The notes under the pieces: model-generated
Seen by the model: the letters and a program-made list of their open reading frames with translations, nothing else
What the model was told of the DNA's origin: nothing
Database searches by the model: none
In this document: positions 48,598 through 61,665 of the stretch, one piece after another
Position numbering within the stretch: the stretch's first letter is position 1
Layout: each line of letters starts with the position of its first letter
Program-made: the position numbers and the translations under genes
NCBI GenBank assembly: GCA_964016885.1
Contig: OZ024740.1
Span: 213,900,001-213,964,000 of the forward strand
Direction of reading: 5' to 3'
Source of the DNA: Eledone cirrhosa
Taxonomy: Eukaryota
DNA length: 64,000 nucleotides

Positions 48598-49879
48598 GTT
48601 GTGCTAACAACATGATGATAGGGGGAGGGGATTGTAAAATGGAGGTTAATGGTAAACAGATGCACACACTAATACACAGAGTCAATGAGAAACCATCTAT
48701 ATAGTAACTGGATGTGTTAGAAATAGCAGCTAAATCTCTCTAAAACCACACCCTACTATCTTGAAAAAACAAACGAAGAAAGAAAGAACATATTGGATAA
48801 TGCAGTTTTAGAAAGTATGTGTCAAGAAAATAAAAAATAAGAACTGAGCGTGTGGGCAAGTGCAGAACCCCTTTAGTAATAGATCTGCTCAATCAAGGTT
48901 GACCTCAATCAGAGCTGACCAACAACACAAATATAAGACATTTTGAATCATTGAAAGAATATGAACACAATAAAATGGTAAAGAAAAATCTGAGATATTT
49001 TTCATCTAACAAAAGAATATATTCCATTAAATTTCCATAAAGTAGTTCTTCCCAAAGTTATTTTGTCGAAGAGTTCTATGCGAGCAAGACAACCACTCTT
49101 GCTTCAAGTGGGAAAACTCCCGTCCAAACCCATGCAAGCGTGGAAGATGGACGTTAAACGATGATGATGATGATGATGATGAAACCTGAACTGGTTTTCT
49201 AAAAGATTGCTGAACCAATATCTATATTTTACAGACATTATCCACCTTAATCTCATTAACAAGGCATTAAATGAAACAGTCTTTTAGAGAAGGAAATTAT
49301 TCATAATAATTTTATTAAAAACAACAACAAAACATCTTATCTGGCAGAACACACTTCAAGAAAACACTCATTAAACATCAAAAATATAATGTAAGTAAAC
49401 CGAATTTTCGAACTGAGAATATATATATATATATATATATATCAATAATATTAATAAATGGAAAATATATTTATAAAACCATATTTATTTTATTATACGT
49501 ATTTCAAGGGTACTAATATTTTAGTACGCTTTTGTCAGATAAAATATAATAATTGGTGTTAAGATAGTGACATATCTTCATGTGAACTTAATAAGTTCAG
49601 TGAGGATAGTTTGTTGAATAATCAACAAACCAAAAAACTCATTGTTTATATATATATATATATAATAATGATAATAACAATGACATTATTGTGTACAGTG
49701 CTCAGGTGCACTACAACTCATCAAAGGTGCATGTATAGTACATAGAATAATGTTCAAATGTCAGGAAAATGAACAATGTACGAGTCATGAAATACATGTG
49801 TGCGCGCGTGTGTGTGTATATATATATATATGCCGTAATGTGGCTGTGTAGGTAACACGGTAAAAAGTTCCCAGTTCCA

Positions 49880-50557
49880 CACTGTAAATGTGGTTGGTGT
49901 TAGGAAGGGCATCCAGCCATAGAAAACCTGCCAGATAGACCTATATGAGCGAGACACGGTCACCCGACTAACCTTGCCTCAAGTGGAACAACTCCCGTCT
50001 AACCTATGCTAGCGTGGAAGATGGGCGTTAAACGAAGATGATGATGATGAGATGATGATGATATATATATATACACTGTAAATGTGGTTGGTGTTAGGAA
50101 GGGCATCCAGCCGTAGAAAACCTGCCAGATAGTCCTATAGGAGCGAGACACGGTCACCCGACCAACCTTGCCTCAAATGGGACAACTCCCGTCTAACCCA
50201 TGCTAGCGTGGAAGATGGACGTTAAACGAAGATGATGATGATGATGATATATATATATACACTGTAAATGTGGTTGGTGTTAGGAAGGGCATCCAGCTAT
50301 AGAAAACCTGCCATAGTCCTATAGGAGCGAGACACAGTCACCCGATCAATCTTGCCTCAAGTGGGACAACTCCCGTCTAACCCATGCTATGATGATGATG
50401 ATGATGATGATGATATATATAATGTGGTTGACATCCAGCCGTAGAAACCAAAATTAGTTCTGTGTGAGCAAAACATGGTCCTCCGACATGGATGTCTCAC
50501 AACGGAACAACACGTCCTACCCATGCTAGCGTGGAAAATGGACGTTATATGATGATA
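49880..50557 (+). mobile_element. Tandem array of SINE 3' halves (three close copies plus one diverged)
   Basis: ACTGTAAATGTGGTTGGTGTTAGGAAGGGCATCCAGC...(GAT)n(AT)n at ~49880, 50075 and 50260. Confidence 0.85.
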
Positions 50558-51829
50558 TATATCAAAATGATAATTTTTTTCAACAAATTATGAAATTTGA
50601 GAATCATTCTTCCCCTCAAACTGGCATTCAGTTAGATGAGAACCTATTTTACACCCATCACTTATATGTTCGTATCTTTATAAATATATATACGAAAATG
50701 AAACAAAAACAACAAATATTTTTGTTTTGTAATAGGAAAACTAAATAAAATATTAAATCAGGCACAAGGGAAATAATGCATGAAAAAACTATTATTACAC
50801 AGTTCTTTCCCTTTACTTGCATTTTATTTTATTAAAGTTTTGTGCTAAAAGACATGTTCAAAAGATTCAGTAGTTTTAGTTATTTTCGCTCAACTAGTGA
50901 GATGAGGAATATTTCCTGAGGTTAAAAACAACTTTGCTCTTTCCCCAAAATCTGCTGGCGGCCTTGTGCTTAAATTAGAAATCCTTATATTGAGGGTGGT
51001 ATTGTGTCAGACACACTACAAATCAGGTTTGTTGTTTTGGTTTATTCTTAGCTGAGATTCTATTGTCCTTCACTTTGCCTTCCAACTTACCATGTATTTA
51101 TTTAATCAATTTAAACGTCCGCATAGAGCTAGTAAGCTATGGCAGACTATGGGAAGTATCAAGATAGACAGAGAAAAGTTAATATAAAAAAGTTAATATA
51201 AAAAAATTAGGGGAGGACAACGAGAAACAAAATAAACATTTATAAAATTAAAGGAAAAGAAGGGAAGCTGTGAAGCAGCAGAAGTTTTTGTTGAATGTTT
51301 TTGTAACTTCCATGTACCATACATATATTGGGATCAATGAAATCAATGACACACCTCTCGTAGGATCAATATCGCACAATCATTTTTATTGGCCTTCAAT
51401 ATTTGACATTTTTATCCCCCCCCCCCTCTTTATTTAATGGGGCTCCCGGGGAAATTGACCCTTTCCCCCACATTAAATTAGACCCTGGTCAGCCTATGAA
51501 CTTTTCAGCTGACCCTCCTACAAGCATTGTAGATAGATGATTGTTAAAGGTGGGGTGGGGTTTGCACAAAAGAAGATTCCATTGACTAGAGAGAAAGTAC
51601 CAAAACCAATGTAAACTACCCCCTTTTAATAAAACTACCTTCTTTAATAAAACTACACCCTTTTAATAAAATTACCCCCTTTTAATAAAACTACCCCCTT
51701 TTAAAGTATGTAGATGTGTGTAGAGTAAGAATAATTGTTTATTTCTAAGTTATAAAAACACGTCTGTTGTGTAAGTTTGATTATAGCAATCCAATATAGT
51801 AGGAAACATTGTGTACAGGCTATAGGACA

Positions 51830-52680
51830 ATACTGTGGTAGTGGTTAGATGGTGGTAGTGGTAGTGATAGTAGTGGTAGTGGTGGTAGTGGTGGTGGTGG
51901 TAGTGGTGGTGATGATGGTAGTGGTGGTAATGTAGATGGTGGTGGTAGTAGTGGTAGTGGTGATTATGATGATGGTAGTAGTAGTGGTGGTGGTGATGGT
52001 GGTAGTGGTGGTAGTGGTGGTGGTGGTGGTGGTGGTGATGGTGGTAGTGGTGATGATGGTAGTGGTGGTGATGATGATGGTGGTAGTGTAGATGGTGGTA
52101 GTGGTAGTAGTGGTAGTGGTAGTAGTGGTTGTAGTGGTGGTAGTAGTGGTTGTGGTGGTAGTGGTGGTTGTAGTGGTGGTGGTGGTAGTGGTGGTTGTAG
52201 TGGTGGTGGTGGTAGTGGTGGTTGTAGTAGTGGTGGTAATGTAGATGGTGGTGGTAGTAGTGGTAGTGGTGGTGATGGTGGTGGTAGTGATGGTGGTGGT
52301 GATGATGGTAGTGGTGGTAGTGTAGATGGTGGTAGTGGTAGTGTAGATGGTGGTAGTGGTAGTGGTGATAGTGATAGTGTTGATGGTTGTGATAGAGTTG
52401 ATAGTGGTCGTGATAGTGATAGTGTTGGTGGTATTGTTGATGTTGGTGGTGGTGGTGGTGATAGTGTTGGTCGTGATAGTGATAGTATTGTTGATGGTGG
52501 TGGTGGTGGTGATAGTGTTGGTCGTGATAGTGATAGTATTGGTGGTATTGTTGACGTTGGTGGTGGTGGTGGTAGTGATAGTGTTGGTGGTGGTGGTACT
52601 GATAATGTTGATGGTCGTGGTGGTGGTAGTGATAGTGTTGATGGTGATGATGGTGAAGATGATGATAATAACGATGTCAA
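51830..52680. repeat. Degenerate (GGT/AGT/GAT)n trinucleotide tract
   Basis: Low-complexity triplet run; gives a spurious Pro-rich ORF on - strand. Confidence 0.93.
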
Positions 52681-53316
52681 TGACGAAACTAAAAAACTGT
52701 TGTTGTTGTCTATTACATTCAAAACACCAACCATTTACAACATTTCACTAGTGAGTGATGACATTATTTAATTAGAAGAAAGCTTTACTTTACCCACCCA
52801 TCCCACCTGTGATAACGTGTTGTGAAGAACAGCAGAAAGGTGAATGACTTTTCATTCTCATTAAACATGCACCACTAAGTAATAACAGCCGTAGTCACAC
52901 ACAACTGCTGAAGAAATATATATAGATAGCTATAATGTGAACTAGTTGTAACAGCTGTAGTCACACAATTCAGGAAAACACTGGCAGAAATAAAATATAT
53001 AGATAAATAAATATATAAATTCACTATGAAATAGCATTAGCTTATCCTATCTTATGAAATTCACTTTATAGAAGTATATCTATAACTTAGTTTAAATGGA
53101 TTGATTTGGCTTAGTCATAAAAAAATATAGCTGTTCAAATATTAGAATAAATACTAACACACACACACACATATATATATACCTTTCATCCTTACGGGGT
53201 CGATAAAATAAAGTACCAGTAATGCACTGGGTAATTGCTGGCCTTGTGCCTAAAGTAGAAACATATATATATATATACATACACATACTGTAAACGAAAA
53301 TACAAGAACAAAAAGA

Positions 53317-53518
53317 GAGTACTCAATATGATTATAGAGTAATATATATATTAATTTTATTAAGGCTATATAGTAAGTCTTATTACCCTGGTGTTTCACC
53401 TGCTTATCACAGGGTCATCAGACAAGAACTCTTCTTATCTGACGACCTTGTGATAAACAGGTGAAACTCCAGGGTAACAAGACTCACTATTAAAACTCTA
53501 CTTCGGTATTGAGTACTC
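53317..53518. mobile_element. Palindromic Penelope-like remnant with two back-to-back hammerhead-like motifs
   Basis: GAGTACTCAATA...TATTGAGTACTC ends; a CTGAYGA-stem-GAAAC motif on each strand. Confidence 0.6.
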
Positions 53519-54289
53519 CTTTCTCTTAGCCGTCAACCACATATGGACACACACACACACACAAACACATATATATAGATGTGTGATTAAGTAAAAAATG
53601 AGTCAATACATAGGTGAACACACACATGTACACATACACAGGGTCATTACAATCTCCTTTAGCAATTTAAAATTTGTATAACTTCTATTTATGATAAAAT
53701 TAATCTGTAAAAAAAAATTTAGAAGCCTGATGCATATTTTATCAACAACAACAATGTAAAGACTACTGTTTATTGAACTAAATGTCATTCTATTGATGAA
53801 GGTTAGCATGGCTAGAATTTTTAATGTTATTTTGAACATAACTGAGAATTAGCTGCAAAGCAATTCCCCAGCATGGCCTCAGTCTCTCATCTGGAACAAG
53901 TAATAGAGTAAAACATATCTGGACTTCAGAACCTGTTGTTGATGGCATTAGACCTTCAGTTCCAATAATGACTATTTCAGTTGTTTTATAAATACAATAG
54001 CCTGCTCATGAAATGCACGTGCAACTGGCTGAATATTCCACAGATATGTGTGCACCCATAGCATATTTCTCAGGGAGATTCAGTGTGACACAGTGTGTGA
54101 GAAAACTTTTTCCTTGAATTATAAGTGCAACTCATTTATGTGAACCCTTAGCATAATTCTAAGGAAGATCCAGTGTGACGCAGTTTGTGACAAGACCGGT
54201 CCCCTGAATCGCAGGTACAACTGACTTTTATTAGCTGAGTTGACTGGAGCAACATGAAATAAAGTGTCTTGCTCAAGGACACAATGTTT

Positions 54290-54678
54290 ATGGCAGCTAT
54301 GGAAACAGAATTTGAAATCAAAATGTCTGAGAGTAAACTTAGCCAAAACTAAAGTGTTAGTGAGTAGGAAAGAAGATAGGATCCTGATTCCTTCAGGGAA
54401 GTGGCCCTGCTCAGTATGTAGAAATGTGATGCTGCATGGTAGTGAAACATGGACAGTGACTACAGAGGACATGTGTAAACAGGAGAGAAATGAAGCAGCC
54501 ATGCTTCGTTGGATGTGCAATGTAAATGGGAGAGAAAGGCAGAGCTTGGACGAGTTGAGGAAGAAGCTAGGTTTAAGAGGAATCCAAAGTGGTGTGCGAA
54601 AGTGAAGACTGTGTTGATATGGGCATGTGATACACATGATGATCGCTGGGGTGAAGAAATGCCAGGAAATCCAAGTGG
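54290..54678 (+). mobile_element. RTE-type LINE fragment ending at the gap
   Basis: LRVNLAKTKVLV...GKWPCSVC...MLHGSETW...NEAAMLRWMC. Confidence 0.82.
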
Positions 54679-54878
54679 NNNNNNNNNNNNNNNNNNNNNN
54701 NNNNNNNNNNNNNNNNNNNNNNNNNNNNNNNNNNNNNNNNNNNNNNNNNNNNNNNNNNNNNNNNNNNNNNNNNNNNNNNNNNNNNNNNNNNNNNNNNNNN
54801 NNNNNNNNNNNNNNNNNNNNNNNNNNNNNNNNNNNNNNNNNNNNNNNNNNNNNNNNNNNNNNNNNNNNNNNNNNNNNN
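54679..54878. other. Assembly gap (200 N)
   Basis: Run of N. Confidence 1.
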
Positions 54879-54923
54879 ATATATATATAGATAGATAAAT
54901 ATGTGTATATATATAGATAGATA

Positions 54924-55018
<95 letters not shown>

Positions 55019-55993
55019 TATATATATATGTGTGTGTATATATATATATATGCATATATATATATGTGAATATATATATTTATATATATATGTCTGTGTG
55101 TGTATGTTTATGTTTATATATATACATATGTATATATGGAGTCAGATCTATAATATCAATAGAGACTTTGAGCCAATCATCTCTGAAACATATGTAACAT
55201 TTGTTATTCAGTAAAAATATTTAAAAGTGAAACTTATGTTTATAATTATGTATTTATATGTATAATATGATGTACACAATGCCAAACTGTATTGTTGGCT
55301 AGCAGGAAGACTAAGAGAAAAGGTTGTCTTTGTATGGGACAGAAACACAGGGACAGTTTAAAAACATCAGGGTAATATACTTTTTCCAATCGCAGGAATG
55401 ATCCATAGAAGTAGTTGATAATATTGTGTTACTTAGTTGATCTAGCAATGGAGGATGTTGCTCTGATAGAGGAATAACTGGATTAAGAACAGAATGGTAA
55501 ACATTCAGGGAACTACTGCCTCTGTTGACAACAAATGCTTTCTCTCCATGAATAAAACACTGTATGATGTCTATGTGTGATGTGTTGCATGGTAATAAAG
55601 CAATTGGTACTAAACACAGAGAGAAATAAAATGAGCATGCTCTAATGGGTGTGCAATGTTAATGTGCAGGAGGGACAAAGCATGAATGAACTGAGAGAAA
55701 CGCTGGATGTATGAGGAGTTCAATGAGAGAAGATTGTACTGGTATGGATATGTGATGTATATGGATGATGATTGTTGAAGAAGTGTCATGAATTCCCATT
55801 GGAAGGGAGCTGTGGTAGAGGAGACCAATGAAGACCCAAGAGAGCTTATGAGATAGTGATCGCTGAAGTTCACAGATAAGATGATGGAGGATCGCAGCTA
55901 GTGGAAGGATGCTGTGTTGGAAAAGACTCATCCAATCCATGCAAGCAATAAAAAGCAGATGTAAAACAATGTTGATGATGTATATATATATAT

Positions 55994-56330
55994 GGAGGCA
56001 GATGGCTTAGTGGTTAGAGCATTGGGTTTGCAATCGAAAGGTTGTTAGTTCAATTCTCAGACCGGGTGATGTGTTGTTTCCTTGAGCAAGACACTTTATT
56101 TCACATTGCTCCAGTTTACTCAGCTGTAGAAATGAGATGATAGGGACTGGGGTCCCTATCATTCCTCTCAAAGTGGTCGTGGAGGTGCCATGGAAAAAAA
56201 GCACCCAGCACTCACTGTAAATGAGGTTGGTGTTAGGAAGGGTATCCAGCTGTAGAAATCAAGCCAGAATCAGTTCCCTCCCGTCCCACCCTTGCAAGCA
56301 GGGATAAGCGGATGTAAAATGATGATGATG
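55994..56330 (+). mobile_element. SINE family B
   Basis: Closely similar to 13317-13703. Confidence 0.88.
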
Positions 56331-57241
56331 CATACATCATCAACATCATTTTACATCTGCAAGCAAAACTCACCAAAACAAAACTAAACCAAAGTGGAAG
56401 TAATGTTCATCACTGCACCATATGCAGAAATGAATATAAATCCTTGGCAGGGCTAAAGCGCCGTATGTGTATATATATATATATATATATCCTCATCATC
56501 AACACCATTTAACATCCATTTTCCATGCTCTCATGGGTAGATGGGTTGTCCTGTTGTGATACAAGTCAGATCAGATGACCGTGTCTTGCTCACAGAGAAC
56601 TGTTTCTTGCTTGGTTTCTACAGATAGATGCCCTTCTCAACACCAACCACATTTACAGTGTGGCCTGGGTGTCTTTTATTGTGGCACCAAAATGACCACT
56701 TTACAGTATGGACTGGACACTTTTGTGGCATAACCAAAGCAACCACTTCACAGGGTGGGCTGGGCATTTATTGTCATATATATAAATATATGTGTGTGTA
56801 TATATATATGAAGGAAGATACACACATATATATATGTGTATATATATATATAAATAAGTGTATATATTTATACACATGCATACATGCATATGAAGGTATA
56901 TATGTATAGACATATATATATATATATAGTATCAGCCCCATGCAAGCAAAAGACGGCCGTCTGACCTGATTCTCTCCCAAAGGGTCAACCCGTGCTACCC
57001 ATGCTATCGTGGAAAACTGGCATTAAACAATGATGATGATATATGTATGCACACATATATGATGATAATATATGTATACATACATATGAAGGTATATAGG
57101 TGAGTGGGCCACCGGTGTCAGTTTTTGCTTGCATCTTCATACTGACTCTGTTCAATCTAGCGGTTAGGTTTGTTTATGTCTCGCAAAACAATATGTCTTA
57201 CAGCATAAAATTGTGATGATGATGAGTGGTATAAGCCATAC

Positions 57242-57470
57242 TTAACCCTTTAGCATTTAAATTGGCCGTGTCCAGCCAGAATTCTTTCACCTCTGTCTGT
57301 TCTAACTGGCCATAACTCGCTGCTCATACTGACGTTAAGGTATTCTTCTCAAAATAAATAATATCAAAATCTTGTAAATTCAATATTACATGATATATTT
57401 ATATAAGATAAAGCCTTTACAACAAAAATATAATATTATATATTGAGTAATTTAAATGCTAAAGGGTTAA
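57242..57470 (-). mobile_element. piggyBac-type MITE, uninterrupted copy (229 bp including both TTAA)
   Basis: TTAACCCTTTAGCATTTAAATT...AATTTAAATGCTAAAGGGTTAA perfect TIRs. Confidence 0.9.
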
Positions 57471-57693
57471 ACTTAAGAATAGCTTGTCTTCAGAAAACTC
57501 ATCCAAAGAATATGGCCTGAAAAACTTCTCATTCAACACATACTAACATGAAGGTTAGTATGAGGTTAACTTTGCCTTTCATCCTTACGGGGTCGATGAA
57601 ATAAAGTACCAGTAATGCACTGAGATAATCACTGGCCTTGTGCCAAAAGTATAAACAATTATTAGTCTTAAAGGCTTTAATGGTGATGATGCT

Positions 57694-57726
<33 letters not shown>

Positions 57727-58189
57727 GCATACATGTATATGTATAATCATGTGTATCTGTCTGTATGTGTTTACATATATGTGTGGAAGTGTACTTAAGT
57801 ATATCTCCATACATATGTGTTTTATATGTATGTATATGCATGTGTTTATGTGTATGAACACACACACACACATATATGAACATACACACAAATATATCTA
57901 TCTATCTATATATATATATATATATATATATATAGCCTCAAAACGTGACAACTTGTATAGCCTATGCAAGCATAGAAATATATAATAAAAGATGATAGAA
58001 GATAGATATATATAAATATATCTATCTTCTATCATCATTATTTATTGTATATTTGTATACATTGTATATTTATTGTATATATATATATATATATCATACA
58101 CACACATGCATGCACACACTCAGACACATATATACATACATCTATAATTATGTATATATTACATTTAGACGTGAGTCTACATGTGAGAA

Positions 58190-58282
58190 CACATATCTGA
58201 GGAGCTTTCCATTCCAGAGTCAGGAATGAACATAATCGATCTTTCCTCAAGCTGATCGGAAGTGAAACGTATGTAATATGTG
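58190..58282 (+). ncRNA. Candidate type I hammerhead ribozyme with branched stem II
   Basis: Stem I CACATAT/ATATGTG; core CTGAGGA (58197-58203); GAAA (58264-58267); stem III ACGTATGT; cleavage triplet GTA (58273-58275). Confidence 0.65.
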
Positions 58283-58412
58283 ATTAAATATGTATATAAT
58301 TTAAGACTGATTCATTGTTCCCTAATTATTATTATCGATACTCTGCTCCTCATTAGAATTGAGTGCTCATCTTGGCATACCGCCTGTGAACGCAATCCAA
58401 TTGCACCTTTAC

Positions 58413-58450
<38 letters not shown>

Positions 58451-58937
58451 AAATAATATGTATATTATGTATATGTTTGTATAAATGTATATCAGGGTGA
58501 TCTACACTATAAACACACCCAGTACATACTGTAAAGTGGTTTGTGATAGGAAGGTCATCCATCCTTAGAAAGCTTGCCAAAGGGTTGGGCGGACACTCCA
58601 GTTGTGTCAAAAACATGACAACCTTTCTAGTGCTGGTGCCATGTTAAATTGTACTCAGTAAAACATGGAACCATATGTAAGTGAGATGCGAACTCTTGGC
58701 CTGTCTGTGAGGCCAGTAGCCTTACTTCAGTACTGTTGACTTGGTCTGTGAAGACCATTCAACCTTGTTTAGCAGGGAAAGTGTATATTGAATGATGATA
58801 TGTATATATGTATATGTATATGTGTATATGCATGTATAATAGTGTAGTATCCATAAAATATGACAAGGGTTTAAAGGAAAAATATAAAATTTAATAATTC
58901 CTTGATTCCAACAATCCATGTTAGGACACTCAGTGTT

Positions 58938-61048
58938 TTGGTCTACTTTGACCTTCCTGTCACTCTCACCATCACTGTATTCCTTGGTTTACGTTGACAT
59001 TGTCACTCTCACCATAACTGTATTCCTTGGTTTACGTTGACATTGTCACTCTCACCATAACTGTATTCCTTGGTTTACGTTGACATTGTCACTCTCACCA
59101 TAACTGTATTCCTTGGTTTACGTTGACATTGTCACTCTCACCATAACTGTATTCCTTGGTTTACGTTGACATTGTCACTCTCACCATAACTGTATTCCTT
59201 GGTTTACGTTGACATTGTCACTCTCACCATAACTGTATTCCTTGGTTTACGTTGACATTGTCACTCTCACCATAACTGTATTCCTTGGTTTACGTTGACA
59301 TTGTCACTCTCACCATAACTGTATTCCTTGGTTTACGTTGACATTGTCACTCTCACCATAACTGTATTCCTTGGTTTACTTTGACATTGTCATTCTCACC
59401 ATAACTGTATTCCTTGGTTTACTTTGACATTGTCACTCTCACCATAACTGTATTCCTTGGTTTACTTTGCCATTGTCATTCTCACCATAACTGTATTCCT
59501 TGGTCTACTTTGACCTTCCTGTCACTCTCACCATAACTGTATTCCTTGATTTACTTTGACATTGTCACTCTCACCAAGACTGTATTCCTTGATTTACTTT
59601 GACATTGTCACTCTCACCATAACTGTATTCCTTGATTTACTTTGCCATTGTCACTCTCACCATAACTGTATTCCTTGATTTACTTTGACATTGTCACTCT
59701 CACCATAACTGTATTCCTTGGTTTACTTTGACATTGTCACTCTCACCATAACTGTATTCCTTGGTTTATGTTGACATTGTCACTCTCACCAAGACTGTAT
59801 TCCTTGGTTTACTTTGCCATTGTCACTCTCACCATAACTGTATTCCTTGGTTTATGTTGACATTGTCACTCTCACCAAGACTGTATTCCTTGGTTTACTT
59901 TGCCATTGTCACTCTCACCATAACTGTATTCCTTGGTTTACTTTGACATTGTCACTCTCACCATAACTGTATTCATTGGTTTACTTTGACATTGTCACTC
60001 TCACCATAACTGTATTCCTTGATTTACTTTGACATTGTCACTCTCACCAAGACTGTATTCCTTGATTTACTTTGACATTGTCACTCTCACCATAACTGTA
60101 TTCCTTGATTTACTTTGCCATTGTCACTCTCACCATAACTGTATTCCTTGATTTACTTTGACATTGTCACTCTCACCATAACTGTATTCCTTGGTTTACT
60201 TTGACATTGTCACTCTCACCATAACTGTATTCCTTGGTTTATGTTGACATTGTCACTCTCACCAAGACTGTATTCCTTGGTTTACTTTGCCATTGTCACT
60301 CTCACCATAACTGTATTCCTTGGTTTACTTTGACATTGTCACTCTCACCATAACTGTATTCCTTGGTTTACTTTGACATTGTCACTCTCACCATAACTGT
60401 ATTCCTTGGTTTACTTTGACATTGTCACTCTCACCATAACTGTATTCCTTGATTTACTTTGACATTGTCACTCTCACCAAGACTGTATTCCTTGGTTTAC
60501 TTTGCCATTGTCACTCTCACCATAACTGTATTCCTTGGTTTACTTTGACATTGTCACTCTCACCAAGACTGTATTCCTTGGTTTACTTTGCCATTGTCAC
60601 TCTCACCTTAACTGTATTCCTTGATTTACTTTGCCATTGTCACTCTCACCATCACTGTATTCCTTGATTTACTTTGACATTGTCACTCTCACCATAACTG
60701 TATTCCTTGATTTACTTTGACATTGTCACTCTCACCATAACTGTATTCCTTGATTTACTTTGACATTGTCACTCTCACCATCACTGTATTCCTTGGTTTA
60801 CTTTGACATTGTCACTCTCATCAAGACTGTATTCCTTGGTTTACTTTGACATTGTCACTCTCACCAAGACTGTATTTCTTGGTTTACTTTGCCATTGTCA
60901 CTCTCACCATAACTGTATTCCTTGGTTTACTTTGACATTGTCATTCTCACCATAACTGTATTCCTTGATTTACTTTGCCATTGTCACTCTCACCATAACT
61001 GTATTCCTTGATTTACTTTGCCATTGTCACTCTCACCAAGACTGTATT
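58938..61048. repeat. 43-bp tandem satellite, ~49 copies
   Basis: Unit ACTGTATTCCTTGGTTTACTTTGACATTGTCACTCTCACCATA; duplicated block offset by 473 bp (11 units). Confidence 0.97.
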
Positions 61049-61634
61049 TCATTTTCCTCTCATTTAAATCAATTACAATCATTTTCTTTAACCATTATCA
61101 AACATATATCCACTAAATCATGCTGGCTTTGTTCTATTTATTTATCTATCTGTCTGTCTGACTGTCCATGTATCTTCTGACTGCTATTAGGATTTGGTCT
61201 TTGTTGTTGTTATTTTGCCTTTCATCCTTACTGGGTCGATAAAATAAAATACCAGTAATGCACTGGGATAATTGATGGCCTTGTGCCAAAAATTAGAAAC
61301 AGTTATTATTGCTATTGTTTGAAGACTGGTGATAATATATATAAATAGATAGATATAGATTAACAATCAGATAGACAGGCTGACAGACAGAGAGGTAGGT
61401 TGATAGATTGATAGAGTGATAGATAGATAGGTTGATAGATAGATAGGTCTAGATTCATAAACAGGTAGATGATGTATTTATTGTGAGAAGATAGATAGGT
61501 AGGTAGACATAGATAGCTTCTGCATGAGTGATAGGTAGGGGGGAAGATATCAAATTTCTATTTTCCTCTCAAACTTAGTACAAAGTGGTTCTCAGTTAAC
61601 CTTGTGTTTTCTTATAAAGATGTATATCTATCTG

Positions 61635-61662
<28 letters not shown>

Positions 61663-61665
<3 letters not shown>

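Noticed and set aside
51964-52734. 256-aa proline-rich (extensin/formin-like) ORF
   Set aside because: Reverse read of a degenerate (GGT)n tract; no splice or domain support.
55780-55810. QWEF peptide as PHAF1 exon 1
   Set aside because: Lies in the antisense of an RTE fragment; no surrounding similarity or donor site.
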